Positions 8,335-17,628 of a stretch of DNA of 64,000 bases are shown here, in pieces. This stretch comes from a virus: IMG/VR virus record IMGVR_UViG_3300040759_000032, positions 32,001 through 96,000 of that record, one strand, 5' to 3'. The stretch's first letter is position 1, and each line of letters starts with the position of its first letter. Made by a program: the position numbers and the translations under genes. Under the pieces are notes generated by a model that had not been told where the DNA came from, did no database searches, and saw nothing but the letters and a program-made list of their open reading frames with translations.

Positions 8335-8771
8335 ACGATCTCCCCCTCAACGCCCTGGTCCCGCAGTTGCTGCTCAACTGCCGGCAATACGTCAAGGCGG
8401 TAGAGGTCGCGGCCCTTGGCGAACCCGCTGCCGAACAGGTGCGGGATGCAGTCCCTGATGTCGAACCCGGCGTCCTCCAGCGCCCATGCCGTCCAGTGCG
8501 AGGTCCGGGGAATCGACCAGACCAGGGCGTGGCTGCCGGGCTTCAGGACGCGGCGAGCCTCGGCCATGCGCTCGGTGAGCATGTCCACGAACCGGTCTCG
8601 GGCGCGGTGGAAGTCATCCCACTCGCGACCCATGAAGGCGATCCCTGCCGGAGGGTCGGTGACGATCGAGTCGATGCTGTCAGACTCCAGCGTCCGCAGG
8701 ACGTCAAGGCAGTCGCCGAGGAACAGGCGGACCCCCTGCCCGTCGTCGAAGTAGGGCTCTGGGACGGTCAT
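8325..8771 (-). CDS. N4/N6 DNA methyltransferase, N-terminal subunit (catalytic DPP motif)
   Basis: GDCLDVLRTLESDSIDSIVTDPPAGIAFMG...RVLKPG...HLFGSGFAK. Confidence 0.88.
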   Translation of the reverse strand: MTVPEPYFDDGQGVRLFLGDCLDVLRTLESDSIDSIVTDPPAGIAFMGREWDDFHRARDRFVDMLTERMAEARRVLKPGSHALVWSIPRTSHWTAWALEDAGFDIRDCIPHLFGSGFAKGRDLYRLDVLPAVEQQLRDQGVEGEIVWR

Positions 8772-9079
8772 GACGCCATCGCCTCCTCCCGAGGGCCGAA
8801 GATCTTCCGGCAGTGCCCGCAGGTGACGGCGTCAAGGTCAGCGGCGACCAGCCAGCGGCCCGCCGCCGCCACGTCGAACGGCCTGCACGCCGGGTGAGGC
8901 GTCCCCGGCTGCTCCCAGTGGACCGCCGGGGGCTTCCTCGGGGCGGGGGGCCTCGGGTCGCGGTAGGACTTCGCGTAGGCGTCCGCCGCGGTGAGGATCT
9001 CGGCGACCAGAGGGGCCGGGAGGGAGTTGCGCCACAAAACGGCTTCCAGCTCTTCCTTGCGGTCGTCGGCGGCGGTCAT
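8768..9079 (-). CDS. Hypothetical protein
   Basis: ATGA coupling on both sides. Confidence 0.6.
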   Translation of the reverse strand: MTAADDRKEELEAVLWRNSLPAPLVAEILTAADAYAKSYRDPRPPAPRKPPAVHWEQPGTPHPACRPFDVAAAGRWLVAADLDAVTCGHCRKIFGPREEAMAS

Positions 9080-9930
9080 GATGCCTCCCCGTGCGCATCG
9101 AAAAGCGTCGCCTGGGGGAACTCGCGGTTAGACCACAGAACCTCGGTCCGCGCGGCGTCGACGCTGTTGCCCGCCATGCCTGCCAACTCGAGGCGGTGCC
9201 ACCCCTCGTACAGCTCGGCGTACAGCGGCGAGTCGTAGCCGGACAGGACGACCGCCGCCCGGGCGGCGCGCAGCGCCCCGGCCAGCTCGCGGTGCTCGTC
9301 GTCGGTGCGCAGCTCGTGCGCGTAGTCAGGCCCCCGCCCGCGGCCGTGGTTCAGTGTCCGCACCGAGGCCAGGTAAGGGGGGTCGGCGTAGATCAGGACC
9401 CCGTCGTGGCGCCCGTACCGCTCGATGACCTCGGCCGCGGGCCGGCACTCCAGCGAGACGTTCATGAGCCGCCCGACTGCGGCGGGCATCCGGCCGAGGT
9501 ACGCGCCGAGGTAGCGGGGCATCGACGCCCCGGACCCGCGCGGGTCCTGGTAGTGCCGCCAGCCGGAGCGCTTCGGCGGCAGGTGCCCGCCGCGCCCCTG
9601 GGTGAGCAGCACCCAGACCTTCCGCGCCCGCTCCAGCTCGTCCCCGTCGAGGGCGAACGCCGCCTCGTGCTCGGCCCGCGAGTGCGGGGTCAGCGCGCAC
9701 GCCCGCTCCAGCTCCGCCGGGCGCTCCCGGAGCGTCCGCCAGAAGTTCATCAGGTTGCCGTCCAGGTCGTTGGCCGTCTCCATCGCCGACGGGCGCTTGG
9801 CGAACAGGACCGCGAACGACCCTGCGAACGGCTCGACGTAGTGGACGTGGGGCGGCAGCAGCGCGGCGATGCGCCCGGCCAGGGCCAGCTTCGACCCGAA
9901 GTAGCTGAACGGGGGCTTGATCGCGGTCAC
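9076..9930 (-). CDS. DNA adenine methyltransferase (Dam/D12 class)
   Basis: PFSYFGSK, YVEPFAGS, YADPPY, TEVLWSN. Confidence 0.92.
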   Translation of the reverse strand: MTAIKPPFSYFGSKLALAGRIAALLPPHVHYVEPFAGSFAVLFAKRPSAMETANDLDGNLMNFWRTLRERPAELERACALTPHSRAEHEAAFALDGDELERARKVWVLLTQGRGGHLPPKRSGWRHYQDPRGSGASMPRYLGAYLGRMPAAVGRLMNVSLECRPAAEVIERYGRHDGVLIYADPPYLASVRTLNHGRGRGPDYAHELRTDDEHRELAGALRAARAAVVLSGYDSPLYAELYEGWHRLELAGMAGNSVDAARTEVLWSNREFPQATLFDAHGEAS

Positions 9931-10053
9931 GGCACCTCCCGGTTCGCGTGCTCGATCAGCGCTTCCCCGAGGACCATCGCCGTCTCCCGGTCAAGGGCAG
10001 GGTGACCGCCTCGCAGGCCCGACTCCGGGGCCAGCTCGGGGAGGGCGGCGGTG

Positions 10054-10380
10054 TCAGCGGGCATGGGCGGTTCTCCTCGCAGGGGCGGGGCGGCGAGCAG
10101 TCACCGGGCGGCGGCGCATGATCCGCTCGGCGGCCAGGTCGGTCACCGAGGCGCGGGCCGGGCAGGCGAGCGCGTGCCGCTCGTACAGGTACTCGTCGCG
10201 TCGGCCCGTGCCGGGCGTGCCGACGGGTCGGCAGCGGGGCGTGCGGGTGATGTCCCACGCGATAGCCCACGGGCCGTCCTCGAACGCCGCGTCGAACGCG
10301 ATCACGTCGCCCGTGACGGCGAGCGCGAGCAGCACGCCCTTGCCGCAGTCGGCGCAGCGGCTGAAGCCCGGCGTGATCAT
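10054..10380 (-). CDS. Hypothetical Zn-binding protein
   Basis: MITPGFSRCADCGK...HALACP. Confidence 0.55.
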   Translation of the reverse strand: MITPGFSRCADCGKGVLLALAVTGDVIAFDAAFEDGPWAIAWDITRTPRCRPVGTPGTGRRDEYLYERHALACPARASVTDLAAERIMRRRPVTARRPAPARRTAHAR

Positions 10381-11309
10381 GACGCCTCCCGTTTGCGGTG
10401 GTACCGGCTGTCTTCGGGCAGCGGGCAGAGGCGGCAGTCGCCGTTGCCGTCCGGGTCGAAGTCGTGCGCGCCGTCCACGGGCGGCGCCGAGACGACAGCG
10501 AGCCGCCGGGCGGCCTCGGGCCACCACGGGCCGTCGTGCTCGAGGCGGCCGGGGTGCTGGGTGTCCGGGTCCGCCGCCATGACCCGCATCGCCTCGGCGG
10601 CGAGCGGCCAGGGTCTCTCGGCGACGGCTGGCCGTTCGAGCGCCCGGATGATCGACCGCGCCGACCAGTCGTCGCGCGTTTTGCGGATCTCGGCGGCGAG
10701 CGCCTGACGGCCGTCTGCGGTTCCGCTCGGTGCGGGATTTTTCGCCATCGGGATTTCCCCCTCCTCCGGGGGCCCGTCTGGCAGCGCGAGCGGGAACGGC
10801 TGGCGGCCGGGGGGAAGGGGGGTTCCTCCTCCGGTTTTAAATCCTTTAACTCCTGTATAAGGAGCAGGGTCCCGGTTTGAGGGATGCTTCAGTCCCGGTT
10901 TACGGGACCCTTCAGTCTCAGGACCGGGACCCTTCACGTCCGCTGAAGGGTCCCGGTTTGAGGGATGCTTCAGCGTGTTGTCCACAGGGCGGGCGTCTGG
11001 GTCTCCGGGCCGCCCGGCCCCTGGGATCGTTCCGGCCGGGGTGATGGCGTAACGCGCCTTGACCCCGTTCCTTCCGCGCTCGCGGTGCTCGAGCGCGCCC
11101 TTGTCGACGAGCGAGGCGATGACCGCGTACCGCTGGGTGCGGCTGAGGCCGAGGCGGCGGACGATCTCCGGCCGGTCCTCGATCCCCGGCGGGCACTCCC
11201 GGGTGTCGTCCATCGCGGACATGGCGAAGACCATGAGGGCGCACCGCTCACGCCAGGTGTAGTCCTCGACGGAGCGGTCGGCCGCCTCCATCGCGAGTCG
11301 TATCCCCAC
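10377..11309 (-). CDS. Putative phage replication initiator (N-terminal wHTH, internal iterons)
   Basis: HTH-like N-terminus; repeated LKHPSNRDP from DNA repeats; lambda-O-like layout. Confidence 0.65.
   Translation of the reverse strand: MGIRLAMEAADRSVEDYTWRERCALMVFAMSAMDDTRECPPGIEDRPEIVRRLGLSRTQRYAVIASLVDKGALEHRERGRNGVKARYAITPAGTIPGAGRPGDPDARPVDNTLKHPSNRDPSADVKGPGPETEGSRKPGLKHPSNRDPAPYTGVKGFKTGGGTPLPPGRQPFPLALPDGPPEEGEIPMAKNPAPSGTADGRQALAAEIRKTRDDWSARSIIRALERPAVAERPWPLAAEAMRVMAADPDTQHPGRLEHDGPWWPEAARRLAVVSAPPVDGAHDFDPDGNGDCRLCPLPEDSRYHRKREAS
10833..10973. repeat. Putative origin: iterons plus AT-rich segment
   Basis: 27-bp direct repeat AGGGTCCCGGTTTGAGGGATGCTTCAG at 10866 and 10947; inverted GGGACCCTTCA copies between; AT-rich 10833-10860. 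Confidence 0.7.
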
Positions 11310-11582
11310 GTCAGCCTCCCGCCACGGCGGGAGGAGGCGCAGGGAGGCGCGGCATGGTTCCTGATCGGGTCGCCATGCCCTAACGCGCTTCCAGCGCCGG
11401 GTGCCGGGAAATGCACTACTGGTCACCTTCATCAACTTTCGCGCAAGTGCCTATCCATATACACATGACCATAGCACCTGCAAACCTCCACGGGTATCCG
11501 GGTTACGACCAGCTATGATGATCGCCATCAGGATCGTCAGGCCCATGAGGCGCCGTGCGATAGTGGAGAGGTGGGCGACGCC

Positions 11583-11825
11583 ATGACACAGGTACTGGAA
11601 GCGCGAAAGGCCTTCGACCAGGCGCGGGCGGACGCAAAGGCGCGGGTCGACAGAGCCCGAGCCATCCTCGGGCTGACCATGATCCGAGCCCGAGAAGGCG
11701 GAGGAGAATCTCAGACCACGATCGCGGCGCAGATGGGGTACCGCGGCCCGCAGCAGGTCCTCGCCTACGAGCGGGCGTACCGCGACTGGGTCCGCGACCA
11801 CCCGGGCGAGTCGCTCGACGACTAG
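11583..11825 (+). CDS. Small HTH-like protein
   Basis: ESQTTIAAQMGYRGPQQV; opposite strand to the operon. Confidence 0.65.
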   Translation: MTQVLEARKAFDQARADAKARVDRARAILGLTMIRAREGGGESQTTIAAQMGYRGPQQVLAYERAYRDWVRDHPGESLDD

Positions 11826-11932
11826 GCGCCTTCATCGCCCGCCCCTCCATCGCGCCACCGCGAGAGCCACGGTTACCGCCCCGGCTACGACCAGAGCCAG
11901 CCCGACGCCGGTGAGGATCACGACCGCCCAGT

Positions 11933-13025
11933 TCACGCGGCCTCGCCTGCTTCCATGGCGAGGCCCGCGCGATCAAGCAGCAGGCGGAGGGCGAGCGCGG
12001 CCTGCTGCGGCACGACGCCGTTGCCGAGCGCCTTCAGCATCGCGTTGCGGCTCAGGCCCGGCACGTCCGTCACCCAGCCTTCGGGAAGGCCCTGCATCCA
12101 CTCGACGAACCGCGGGCTCAGCCGCTCCCCGGTGCGTCCAGGCTCAGTTGGCCGTGGGGCGGGCCGGCCGGTGACGGCTTCCCAGCGGTCGATGGCCGGG
12201 GCGTAGTTTCCCCAGTCCAGAACACATCGGAGAGGGTCCACCCGTCGGTCTGGGCGTTCGGGCTGACCGTGCGCCGCGTCGCCGTCGCGTTCCGCGCCCC
12301 GTGCGAGTCCATCGCCGTCGGGGTCGGCAGCAGCATCGCTATCCCGCCGAGTAGCGGCTCCTCGCTCCGCGCCCCCCCGCGTGTCTTGTGGCCGCCAGTC
12401 GCGTCCGCCACGCTCGGCGTCGGCAGGAGAGCGCCGATCAGCGTCGCGTCCCCGCGCGGGTAGGTCGCGCTTGTCCGGTCGCCGTCCGCCGCCACCGGCG
12501 CAGGAAGCAGACCCCCCCCCCGGCGCCGGCGAGCCATGCGAGGCAGAACCACCGCTCGCGGCGGTGAGGGGCTCCAGCGTCGGAAGCTCGTACAAGCCGG
12601 TACGCGAACTCATAGCCGAGCGCGGCCAGGCCCTGAACGACACGGGCCATAGCGTCCCCGCCATTAGCAGACAGCAGCCCAGGGACGTTCTCGAGCACGA
12701 GCAGCCGGGGGCGTGCGACCATTCGGCCAACAGCCGTGCAGATGTCATCGAACAGCCACCTCTCGTCACCGAGTCCTTTTCGCCTGCCCGCCGCGCTGAC
12801 GGGCTGGCAGGGGAAGCCCGCCGTGAGCACGCCTACCGGCTCTACCGAACCCCAGTCGGCGGCGGTGATGTCGCCGAGGTTCGGCACCGACGGGAACCGG
12901 TACCCGGCGATCGCGGACGCGCCCGGGTCGATGTCCGCGACCCAGGCGAGGTCCCCGCCGAGAACGGCGTGAACGGCCATGTCCAGCCCGCCGTAGCCGG
13001 TGCAGAGGCTCCCGGTGCGCGTCAT
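11933..13025 (-). CDS. C5 cytosine DNA methyltransferase locus, interrupted at a G10 tract, with an overlapping alternative-frame ORF
   Basis: Motifs I (SLCTGYGG), IV (AGFPCQP), VI (LENV), VIII (RRERWF) in 12438-13025; IX/X (FVEWMQGLP, KALGNGVVP) in the 11933 frame. Confidence 0.85.
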
Positions 13026-13714
13026 AGGGCGCCTCCCGCCGCAAGCACGGTCTCAACCCGGGGCGGCCACCCGCGCGAGCCGGCCGGTGGCGCAGGCTCG
13101 GCGCCGGGCGCCTCGTCGAACAGGGAGCCCTGCACGAGCGGCATGACCTGCCCGGCCTCCGTCGTGAACGCCTGGCACGGGCACTTCCCGCACGCCCTGA
13201 ACCTGCCTCTCCGCTCATGCCACAGGATCAGGTGAGCGCATCCTTCCCGAGAGCACGCCCCGGATCCTCCGGGGACAGCCTCGCCAGCGGACAGGCGGTC
13301 CCGCTGCTCGTCCTCATCCGCCGGGCGGGGCGTCGTCTCGCCGGGGCGGTAGCGGCTGCCGCTGAGCAGTCCCGCCGCGCGCCACCGCTCGATGTCCTCG
13401 GGCCGGTGCTCGAAGTCGGGGCAGCCGCAGGGGCAGGCCCGCGGCTTGGCGAGCAGTCCGGCGGGGAGAGGCCCCGGGGCGGCCTGATGCTCGTGCGACG
13501 GATGCCCGCAGGCGCAGACCTCCCCGGCCTCCTCGGGCGTGGCGAAGGGCATCAAGTCGCAGACGACCAGGTGCCCCGGGTTCATCGTCGTGTTATGCAC
13601 CCAGGGGTAGCGGCCGTGGCCGGGGTCGGCCGGGTCGCCGAGCCAGGGACCGTCGGCGAGCCAGACGAAGACGCCGCGCTCATGCGGGCAGATGCCGCGA
13701 GTGGAGACGCTCAC
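13022..13714 (-). CDS. Cys/His-rich hypothetical protein
   Basis: CACGH...CPCGC; GTGA coupling. Confidence 0.55.
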   Translation of the reverse strand: MSVSTRGICPHERGVFVWLADGPWLGDPADPGHGRYPWVHNTTMNPGHLVVCDLMPFATPEEAGEVCACGHPSHEHQAAPGPLPAGLLAKPRACPCGCPDFEHRPEDIERWRAAGLLSGSRYRPGETTPRPADEDEQRDRLSAGEAVPGGSGACSREGCAHLILWHERRGRFRACGKCPCQAFTTEAGQVMPLVQGSLFDEAPGAEPAPPAGSRGWPPRVETVLAAGGAL

Positions 13715-14034
13715 CGGGCCGCCGCCTTCGCGTCCGCTTCGGCGTGGGCGCGCAGGAGCCGCAGTCTGTGGCACCGGCCGTCGAATGGCTGCTGGCCGGG
13801 GACGTCGACGTTCCATCCGTGATCGCTGAGGAGCCAGTGCTTGTTCGGCTCGACCTCGCCGCACTCCGGGTCCGGGCAGCGCCAGCCGGGCTTGCTGTCG
13901 CCCTTCTTCATGCCGCCTGCGGTGTCGTATGGCGCGACCCAGTCGGCCCGCTCGAACCGGGCCAGCCAGTCGGCGCGATCCTGCTCGGCTTTCTCGACCT
14001 CGCCGAACAGGTCGAGCTGGACGGCGGCGCTCAT
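13711..14034 (-). CDS. Hypothetical protein
   Basis: Coupled ORF. Confidence 0.6.
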   Translation of the reverse strand: MSAAVQLDLFGEVEKAEQDRADWLARFERADWVAPYDTAGGMKKGDSKPGWRCPDPECGEVEPNKHWLLSDHGWNVDVPGQQPFDGRCHRLRLLRAHAEADAKAAAR

Positions 14035-14690
14035 CCGTCACCGCACATGATCTTGTGACCGTTCGTCCCGATGAGGTACTGGCATTTCCCGCACCGCCGC
14101 TCGGGCTCGAGCGCGGGCGCGGCCTCGAGAACCGCAGGTCCCGGCTCCGGAGCGGTCGCGGCGCTGAGGAGTTCCAGTTCGAGCAGGGGCAGGATGTCGG
14201 CGGCGGTGATCTGCCCGGCCCGCTCGTCGCCGGGGGCCGCCGGTGCGGGAAGCTGCCCGCCCGGCCGCTTGCAGATGACGAGATGATCCGGGGCGACAGC
14301 CCCGCAGGACGGGCAGAACCGCCGGGGCTCAGGCTTCCGCCTCGGCTTCGGCGCGGGCCTGGCGGCAGGAGCGGGGGCACCCCGCGTCAGGACCGCCTCC
14401 GCCTTCCATGACGGCAGGCTCTCCCCGCTTCCCCGGTACTGGTACCCGCCGGGCTCCGGCAGCCCGTTGCGGGGCCTGCGGGGCAGCGACCCCTTCGCCG
14501 TGACGCGTCCCTCGCGCCCGTCCTCTCCCGGCATGCAGTCGTCTCTCCAGATCGATTCGATGGTCTTCAGGCGGGCGAGCACCTTCTCGGGGCGGCCTGC
14601 CGACGGTGCGCCGAGCGTGGCGCCGTAGACGTACGGCATGAGCTCGGCTGGCGGCGGGCCTCCGGCGGCTCTCGCGGTCGCGGCGCTCAC
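14031..14690 (-). CDS. Hypothetical protein
   Basis: Coupled ORF with CxxC pairs. Confidence 0.5.
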   Translation of the reverse strand: MSAATARAAGGPPPAELMPYVYGATLGAPSAGRPEKVLARLKTIESIWRDDCMPGEDGREGRVTAKGSLPRRPRNGLPEPGGYQYRGSGESLPSWKAEAVLTRGAPAPAARPAPKPRRKPEPRRFCPSCGAVAPDHLVICKRPGGQLPAPAAPGDERAGQITAADILPLLELELLSAATAPEPGPAVLEAAPALEPERRCGKCQYLIGTNGHKIMCGDG

Positions 14691-14980
14691 GTCGCCCCCG
14701 TCCGGCCGCAGTCCCGGCAGGAGAACCCGGCGGGCGGCTCCCCGTCGCAGCGGGCGCACTCCGGGTCGGCGAGCAGCTCCGCGAGCGCCGTCCCGAGGAC
14801 GCCCGCGATGGAGAAGGCCGCGCCCAGGTAGACCTCCCGCCCGCTCTCCGCCCGGGTGACGGTCGAGGGGGACAGGGCCCCGCCGCTTCTCTCGGCCATC
14901 TCCCGGACGCTCCAGCGCCTCTCCAGCCTCGCCTTGCGGGCCCGCCTGCCGAAGACGGCGCGCATCTCCTCGGGGGTCAT
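14687..14980 (-). CDS. XRE-family HTH protein with C-terminal Zn ribbon
   Basis: RKARLERRWSVREMAERSGGALSPSTVTRAESG. Confidence 0.8.
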   Translation of the reverse strand: MTPEEMRAVFGRRARKARLERRWSVREMAERSGGALSPSTVTRAESGREVYLGAAFSIAGVLGTALAELLADPECARCDGEPPAGFSCRDCGRTGAT

Positions 14981-15720
14981 AAGGCGGCCTCGTCGGGGGG
15001 CTCAGGGGGACGGAGGCGGAGGTCTGGCGGCGGGGCGTCGCCGAACCGCTCAGGCGGCCTCGAGGCGAGCCGTATCCGGCCCGCGGCGGGCGAGGCGGCC
15101 GGGTCCGGCCTCCGGGTTCGTCCCCGCCGCCTGTCCGCCGCGCCAGCGCTCAGCGCCGCCTTGTACCGGTCCCTGAACTCCTGCCCGCTGAATCCGGGCG
15201 AGGGCGCTGCCGTTGTCCGCGCGCCCCCGCCCGGTCCTATCGCAGGCGGAGGCCCGGCGGCCTGGACCTCGCCGCCGGACCCGCCGTCCCGCGCCCCGCC
15301 GGAGCCTCCCCGCTCCGGCAGGGACGATGTGGCGCCCCGGCCGCCCGAGTTGGGGTAAGCGGCCGGGGCACTGCGAGCAGAGGCCGGGGGTTGGCCCCTG
15401 CTCGCACGCCGCGCGATGGCCGGATCCGGGGGGGCGGATCCTTCCTGCGCGGACGTCGGGGCCGGGGCGGGCGAGCGGTTGCCCGCCCCGGCGGTTCCCC
15501 CTCGCGCGGCAACGCGAGAGGGCATGCCCCGGCGGCCGTCACCATCGGCGGCCGGGGCTGTGCGGGCGAGGCCCGGGCGGTTCACGGACCCCTCCCCGCA
15601 CGCCGCTGCCGGGACCGCGGAGGCGGCCTCCGGGGCGGGACCGAGCGCGGCAGGAACGGCGGGGTGGGCCGCCCCTGCCGCGCGCTCTGGGGGTTCCGAG
15701 GCGATAGGCCGGCGCGTCAT
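14977..15720 (-). CDS. Low-complexity Pro/Ala/Gly-rich hypothetical protein
   Basis: Fills the operon gap with coupled ends; weak codon signal. Confidence 0.35.
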   Translation of the reverse strand: MTRRPIASEPPERAAGAAHPAVPAALGPAPEAASAVPAAACGEGSVNRPGLARTAPAADGDGRRGMPSRVAARGGTAGAGNRSPAPAPTSAQEGSAPPDPAIARRASRGQPPASARSAPAAYPNSGGRGATSSLPERGGSGGARDGGSGGEVQAAGPPPAIGPGGGARTTAAPSPGFSGQEFRDRYKAALSAGAADRRRGRTRRPDPAASPAAGRIRLASRPPERFGDAPPPDLRLRPPEPPDEAAL

Positions 15721-16112
15721 CGGACGTCAGCCCCCAATCGCCCCTCGGTGATCTTTCGCGGGGAGTTTCCGTCAGCCCACGGCCGGATGCTGACTGACCG
15801 GCCGGACACGAAGGGGCACGCCTGGCGGACGTACACGGCGCACGGCGGGCATACCGGGGGCTCATCGAAACGGAGGGTCAGCACCTGGCGGGGGCCGCAC
15901 ACCAGCACAGGGCGGCGACCGCAGGGGTTGCCGCAGGACTGGCACAGGGAATCGCGCCAGCACATTTCATAGCGTGCGGTGTGCGGGGACCGGAAGTCGG
16001 TGCCCCCGTCCCGAAGCTCCGCGTTGACCCAGGCCTGCGCGATTCCGCCGCGGACAGGCCGGTGGGCGAGGCTCGCCGGGATGGGCGGGCGGACGTCGTC
16101 AGCCACGGTCAT
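15717..16112 (-). CDS. Cys-rich actinophage-type protein
   Basis: LCQSCG...EPPVCPPCAVYVRQACP. Confidence 0.65.
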   Translation of the reverse strand: MTVADDVRPPIPASLAHRPVRGGIAQAWVNAELRDGGTDFRSPHTARYEMCWRDSLCQSCGNPCGRRPVLVCGPRQVLTLRFDEPPVCPPCAVYVRQACPFVSGRSVSIRPWADGNSPRKITEGRLGADVR

Positions 16113-16332
16113 CACCCGGCCCGTCGGCGAGAGCCCCGATCGAGACCCCGAACGCCCCGGCGAGCAGAGCGGCCACGTCAAGGGTCGCCCCGGTCTTCGC
16201 CGCCTCGATGCAGCTGACCGTCGCCTTGTTGATCCCGGCTCGGCGGCCGAGCTCCTCCATGCTCCAGCCGCGGGCCTTCCGCTCCCGGCGGACCGAGGCG
16301 GCGAACACGGCGCGGACATCCTGGTCAGGCAT
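16099..16332 (-). CDS. XRE-family HTH protein
   Basis: RRERKARGWSMEELGRRAGINKATVSCIE. Confidence 0.85.
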   Translation of the reverse strand: MPDQDVRAVFAASVRRERKARGWSMEELGRRAGINKATVSCIEAAKTGATLDVAALLAGAFGVSIGALADGPGDDRG

Positions 16333-16795
16333 GGTCGAACCCTCCTGTCACGGTCAGGGTCAGTCCGGGGGCGATCTCCCCGCAGGGCCATGAGTCCCGG
16401 GCGAACGCGGCGGCGGATGCGGTGTCAAGCCCGGAGCGGGTGAGCCAGCCCATGCGCCGGGCGATGTCGACCTCGGCGGTCGGCCAGGCGCGCTTGGCGC
16501 CTGTCCCCTCAGTGCTCCCCTGGTGGTTGACTCGCCGTTCAGGCTTCAGCCAGCCCTGCCGCGCCCAGTAGTCAAGCTGGCGGTAGGTGATCCCCATCTC
16601 GGCCTCGAGGTGCTTGCTGCACGCGGGAAGGCCCTCGCTGGCCGCCTTCGAAGGGCAGTGCGGGCAGTCGGCCAGCCTCGCGTCGCATTCAAGGCAATAG
16701 CGGGCAGTCGGGCTCCGGCCCGTCACCGGGTTCCCGCACGTGCAGTAGTGGTGAATCCGCTCCGCCGGGGCGATCGCAGGCAGGGTCTCAGCCAC
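16325..16795 (-). CDS. MerR-family HTH protein with N-terminal Cys motifs
   Basis: GITYRQLDYWARQGWLKP. Confidence 0.75.
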   Translation of the reverse strand: MAETLPAIAPAERIHHYCTCGNPVTGRSPTARYCLECDARLADCPHCPSKAASEGLPACSKHLEAEMGITYRQLDYWARQGWLKPERRVNHQGSTEGTGAKRAWPTAEVDIARRMGWLTRSGLDTASAAAFARDSWPCGEIAPGLTLTVTGGFDHA

Positions 16796-17117
16796 GGCCC
16801 GCCTCCCCGCTGTCGAGCTTCTCGGCCGCGAGGAACGCGACGCTCAGCAGGACGCTCGCGGGCGCGGGCATGCCCGTCTGCTCCTCCATCGCGTCCTGCA
16901 CGCACGAAAGCGCCTGCGCGACGGCCATGACGACCCGGCCCAGCGGGAACGTGAAGGGGAACTCCACGAGCAGGCTCTCGGCGACGTCCGACGCGATGTC
17001 GCCGTAGACCTCGCCGCCGAGGCCGGGGATCCGGTTGGCCGGGTCGCGGAGCCATGCGAGGGCCTCCTCGGTCTTCGCCTCCAGTTCGCCCCGCGTCGGC
17101 GCGGTCACGTCAGGCAT
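16788..17117 (-). CDS. Hypothetical protein
   Basis: Coupled ORF. Confidence 0.6.
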   Translation of the reverse strand: MPDVTAPTRGELEAKTEEALAWLRDPANRIPGLGGEVYGDIASDVAESLLVEFPFTFPLGRVVMAVAQALSCVQDAMEEQTGMPAPASVLLSVAFLAAEKLDSGEAGRG

Positions 17118-17628
17118 CGGACGGCTCCCGCTTCACGAACCGGTACCGCTTGATGAGCTCCGTCCCGAGCCAGTCGGCGAGCTCCTGCCAGTCAGCTCCC
17201 CGGTCCTCCCTCGCGGCGAGCCCGGCGGGCAGCGCGGCGCGGATGAAACCCGCGACGTCGCCCGCCTCCGGCGCCTCGTCGGCCATCGCCACGGCGACCG
17301 CGGCCATCTGCCGAACCAGCGAGGCGCTCAGCGTCTCCCTGTTCCCGCCGATGGCGAACGTCACCCCGCCGTCAGCCGAGCGGTAAACGTCCAGCCCCCG
17401 AAACAGGTGCGTCCTCGGCGTCGGGCCGAGGTCCGGCCGTTCCAGCGTCACCGGGGACGGGACTCCCGCCGCCTCGTACATCGCCCGCGCGTGCTCGTCG
17501 ATCTCCAGCGGGTCGACGAAGAACGGCTGCCCGCCCACCGCGATCGCGCAGCGGGCACCGTGGACGGTCATGATCCGCCGGACCTCCAGCCATCCGCCCG
17601 AGTCGTCAACCCGCCTGTAGTCCCCCAT
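17110..17628 (-). CDS. Hypothetical protein
   Basis: TGATG coupling. Confidence 0.6.
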   Translation of the reverse strand: MGDYRRVDDSGGWLEVRRIMTVHGARCAIAVGGQPFFVDPLEIDEHARAMYEAAGVPSPVTLERPDLGPTPRTHLFRGLDVYRSADGGVTFAIGGNRETLSASLVRQMAAVAVAMADEAPEAGDVAGFIRAALPAGLAAREDRGADWQELADWLGTELIKRYRFVKREPSDA

